Shown piece after piece: positions 60,601 through 64,000 of a stretch of 64,000 bases of DNA. Positions within the stretch are counted from its first letter, which is position 1; each line of letters opens with the position of its first letter. The notes under the pieces are model-generated. The model was not told the origin of the DNA. It was given only the letters and a program-made list of their open reading frames with translations, and did no database searches. Source of the stretch: Eledone cirrhosa (Eukaryota); contig OZ024744.1 in assembly GCA_964016885.1 (NCBI GenBank), positions 110,732,001 through 110,796,000 on the forward strand. Reading direction: 5' to 3'. The position numbers were made by a program, and so were the translations under genes.

Positions 60601-63600
60601 GCCTGAACACAGTAAAACTACACAATCCACTATAACTTAACTGGCCCTGAACAGACTAAACTACACAATCCACTATAACTTAACTGGCCCGGAACACAGT
60701 AAAACTACACAATCCACTATAAGTTACCTTGCTCTGAAAGCAGTAAAACTACACAATCCCCTATAACTTACTTTGCCCTGAACACAGTAAAACTACACAA
60801 ACAACTATAAATTACCTTACCCTGAACACAGTAAAACTACACGATCCACTATAACTTACTTTGCCCTGAACACATTAAAACTACACAAACCACTATAACT
60901 TACCTTGCCCTGAACACAGTAAAACTACTATAATTCACTATAACTTACCTTGCCCTGAACACAGTAAAACTACACAATCCACTATACCTAACCTTGCCCT
61001 GAACACAGTAAAACTACACAATCCGCTATAACTTACCTTGCTCTGAACACAGTAAAACTAGACAATCCACTATACCTTACCTTGCCCTGAAAACAGTAAA
61101 ACTACACAATCCACTATAACTTAACTGGCCCTGAACACAGTATACTACAGAATCCACTATAACTTACCTTGCCCAGAACAAATTAAAACTACGTAATCCA
61201 CTATACCTTACCTTGCCCTGAACACAGTAAAACTACACAATCCACTATAACTTACTTTGCCCTGAACACAGTAAAACTAAACAAACAACTATAAATTACC
61301 TTGCTCTAAACACAGTAAAACTACACAATCCACTATAACTTACCTTGACCTGAACAATTTAAAACTACACAATCCACTATAACTTACCTTGCCCTGAACA
61401 CAGTAAAACTACACAATCCACTATAACTTACCTTGCCCTGAAAACAGTAAAACTACACAATCCACTATAAATTACCTTGCCCTGAAAACAGTAAAACTAC
61501 ACAATCCACTATAAATTACCTTGCCCCGAACACAGTGAAACTACACAATCCACTATAACTTACTTTGCCATGAACACAGTAAAACTACACAATCCACTAT
61601 AACTTACCTTGCCCTGAAAACAGTAAAACTACACAATCCACTATAACTGAACTGGCCCTGAACACAGTAAAACTACACAAACAACTATAAATTAGCTTAC
61701 CCTGAACACAGTAAAACTACACGATCCACTATAACTTACTTTGCCCTGAATACAGTCAAACTACACAAACCACTATAATTTACCTTGCCCTGAAAACAGT
61801 AAAACTACACAATCCACTATAAATTACCTTGCCCCGAACACAGTGAAACTACACAATCCACTATAACTTACTTTGCCATGAACACAGTAAAACTACACAA
61901 TCCACTATAACTTACCTTGCCCTGAAAACAGTAAAACTACACAATCCGCTATAACTTACCTTGCTCTGAACACAGTAAAACTAGACAATCCACTATACCT
62001 TACCTTGCCCTGAAAACAGTAAAACTACACAATCCACTATAACTTAACTGGCCCTGAACACAGTATACTACAGAATCCACTATAACTTACCTTGCCCAGA
62101 ACAAATTAAAACTACGTAATCCACTATACCTTACCTTGCCCTGAACACAGTAAAACTACACAATCCTCTATAACTTACTTTGCCCTGAACACAGTAAAAC
62201 TAAACAAACAACTATAAATTACCTTGCTCTAAACACAGTAAAACTACACAATCCACTATAACTTACCTTGACCTGAACAATTTAAAACTACACAATCCAA
62301 CTATAACTTACCTTGCCCTGAACACAGTAAAACTACACAATCCACTATAACTTACCTTGCCCTGAAAACAGTAAAACTACACAATCCACTATAAATTACC
62401 TTGCCCTGAAAACAGTAAAACTACACAATCCACTATAAATTACCTTGCCCCGAACACAGTGAAACTACACAATCCACTATAACTTACTTTGCCATGAACA
62501 CAGTAAAACTACACAATCCACTATAACTTACCTTGCCCTGAAAACAGTAAAACTACACAATCCACTATAACTGAACTGGCCCTGAACACAGTAAAACTAC
62601 ACAAACAACTATAAATTAGCTTACCCTGAACACAGTAAAACTACACGATCCACTATAACTTACTTTGCCCTGAATACAGTCAAACTACACAAACCACTAT
62701 AATTTACCTTGCCCTGAAAACAGTAAAACTACACAATCCACTATAAATTACCTTGCCCCGAACACAGTGAAACTACACAATCCACTATAACTTACTTTGC
62801 CATGAACACAGTAAAACTACACAATCCACTATAACTTACCTTGCCCTGAAAACAGTAAAACTACACAATCCACTATAACTGAACTGGCCCTGAACACAGT
62901 AAAACTACACAAACAACTATAAATTAGCTTACCCTGAACACAGTAAAACTACACAATCCACTATAACTTACTTTGCCCTGAACACAGTAAAACTACACAA
63001 ACCACTATAACTTACCTTGCCCTGAACACAGTAAAACTACACAATCCACTATAACTTACCTTGCCCTGAACACAGTAAAACTACACAATACACTATAACT
63101 TACCTTGCCCTGAACACAGTAAAACTATACAATCCACTATAACATACCTTGCCTGAACACAGTAAAACTACACAATCCACTATAACTTAACTGGCCCTGA
63201 ACAGACTAAACTACAGAATCCACTATAACTTACCTTGCTCTGAACACAGGAAAACTACACAATCCACTATAACTTAACTGGCCCTGAACACAGTAAAACT
63301 ACACAATCCACTATAAGTTACCTTGCTCTGAAAGCAGTAAAACTACACAATCCCCTATAACTTACTTTGCCCTGAACACAGTAAAACTACACAATCCACT
63401 ATAACTTACTTTGCCCTGAACACATTAAAACTACACAAACCACTATAACTTACCTTGCACTGAACACAGTAAAACTACACAATCCACTATACCTAACCTT
63501 GCCCTGAACACAGTAAAACTACACAATCCACTATAACTTACCTTGCTCTGAACACAGTAAAACTACACAATCCACTATACCTTACCTTGCCCTGAAAACA

Positions 63601-64000
63601 GTAAAACTACACAATCCACTATAACTTAACTGGCCCTGAACACAGTATACTACAGAATCCACTATAACTTACCTTGCCCAGAACAAATTAAAACTACGTA
63701 ATCCACTATACCTTACCTTGCCCTGAACACAGTAAAACTACACGATCCACTATAACTTACTTTGCCCTGAACACAGTAAAACTAAACAAACAACTATAAA
63801 TTACCTTGCTCTAAACACAGTAAAACTACACAATCCACTATAACTTACCTTGACCTGAACAATTTAAAACTACACAATCCACTATAACTTACCTTGCCCT
63901 GAACACAGTAAAACTACACAATCCACTATAAATTACCTTACCCTGAAAACAGTAAAACTACACAATCCACTATAAATTACCTGGCCCTGAACACACTAAA
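60590..64000 (+). repeat. Terminal sub-domain: 7-monomer (308 bp) repeat nested in a 21-monomer (923 bp) repeat, within a 58-monomer (2,550 bp) recurrence
   Basis: cagtgaaact at 61533/61841 and 62457/62765 (+308). atccgct 61021/61944 and tatactacag 61141/62064 (+923). aacataccttgcctga 60591/63141 (+2550). Confidence 0.88.

Larger units (their letters stand above)
1..64000 (+). repeat. 44-bp tandem satellite array, about 1,450-1,460 head-to-tail monomers, single orientation, extending beyond both window ends
   Basis: Unit 1 is 1-44 (ttaccttgctctgaacagagtaaaactacactatccactataac) and unit 2 starts at 45. The same period holds to position 64000. Most monomers carry 0-4 substitutions from the consensus, with a minority of 43-bp and 45-bp units. 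No non-repeat sequence was seen. Confidence 0.99.

Noticed and set aside
1-64000. CRISPR array
   Set aside because: Repeats abut directly with no unique spacers, the variable positions are point variants of one consensus, and there is no leader or cas gene.
1-64000. Unspliced repetitive protein-coding ORF on either strand
   Set aside because: 44 is not a multiple of 3, so frames rotate. The consensus has TGA/TAA/TAA on + and TAA/TAG/TAG on -, each covering two frames, so every frame hits a stop within about two monomers.
1-64000. U1 snRNA gene or pseudogene cluster, or other structured RNA genes (tRNA, 5S, spliced leader)
   Set aside because: Only about 8 nt match the U1 5' end. No stem-loops, Sm site, cloverleaf or A/B boxes are evident, and the + strand has too few G to form stable stems.
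1-64000. Canonical telomerase-made telomere (TTAGGG or TTAGG)n
   Set aside because: CCCTAA occurs only as isolated variants. The unit is 44 bp and carries inherited higher-order variant patterns, which a single RNA template would not produce.
1-64000. Alpha-satellite or CENP-B box
   Set aside because: Wrong monomer length, and the consensus has no CpG, so the TTCG....A..CGGG box cannot be present.
1-64000. Variants as sequencing noise, or a purely artefactual array
   Set aside because: Rare variants recur in the same order at exact multi-kilobase offsets, which random error would not produce. Individual duplications still need read support.
1-64000. Embedded transposon, inversion or unique island
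   Set aside because: None was seen while reading through. No reverse-orientation monomer (e.g. ttcagggcaagg) was noticed on the + strand, although a very short insertion could have been missed by eye.
1-64000. TATA-like (CTATAA/TATAAA) promoter elements and a G-quadruplex on the - strand
   Set aside because: The TATA-like hexamer is expected in AT-rich repeats and has no supporting context. The - strand has only one GGG per 44 bp, too sparse for a canonical G4.

Overview
The whole 64-kb window is one uninterrupted, head-to-tail tandem array of a 44-bp monomer (+ strand consensus CCCTGAACACAGTAAAACTACACAATCCACTATAACTTACCTTG; about 1,450-1,460 copies; consensus 17A/14C/10T/3G, about 39% GC, no CpG). 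I found no unique sequence, inversion, transposon insertion, unspliced ORF, RNA gene or CRISPR spacer, and the array runs off both ends of the window. It looks like eukaryotic satellite DNA, but I cannot assign an organism or a named family. Two things lie beneath the monotony. (1) Recurrent monomer variants reveal nested higher-order repeats of 2, 7, 13, 21, 33-36, 41-42, 60-62, 90 and about 100 monomers, and the variant set changes at about 48-49 kb. (2) Read on the - strand, the consensus monomer is a complete splice cassette, ...TTTTACTGTGTTCAG|GGCAAG|GTAAGT..., i.e. a 6-nt would-be microexon plus a 38-nt GT-AG would-be intron with a near-perfect U1 snRNA site. The motif is directly visible; any function is unproven. 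Offsets were counted by hand from diagnostic variants, and block boundaries are approximate to within a few monomers.
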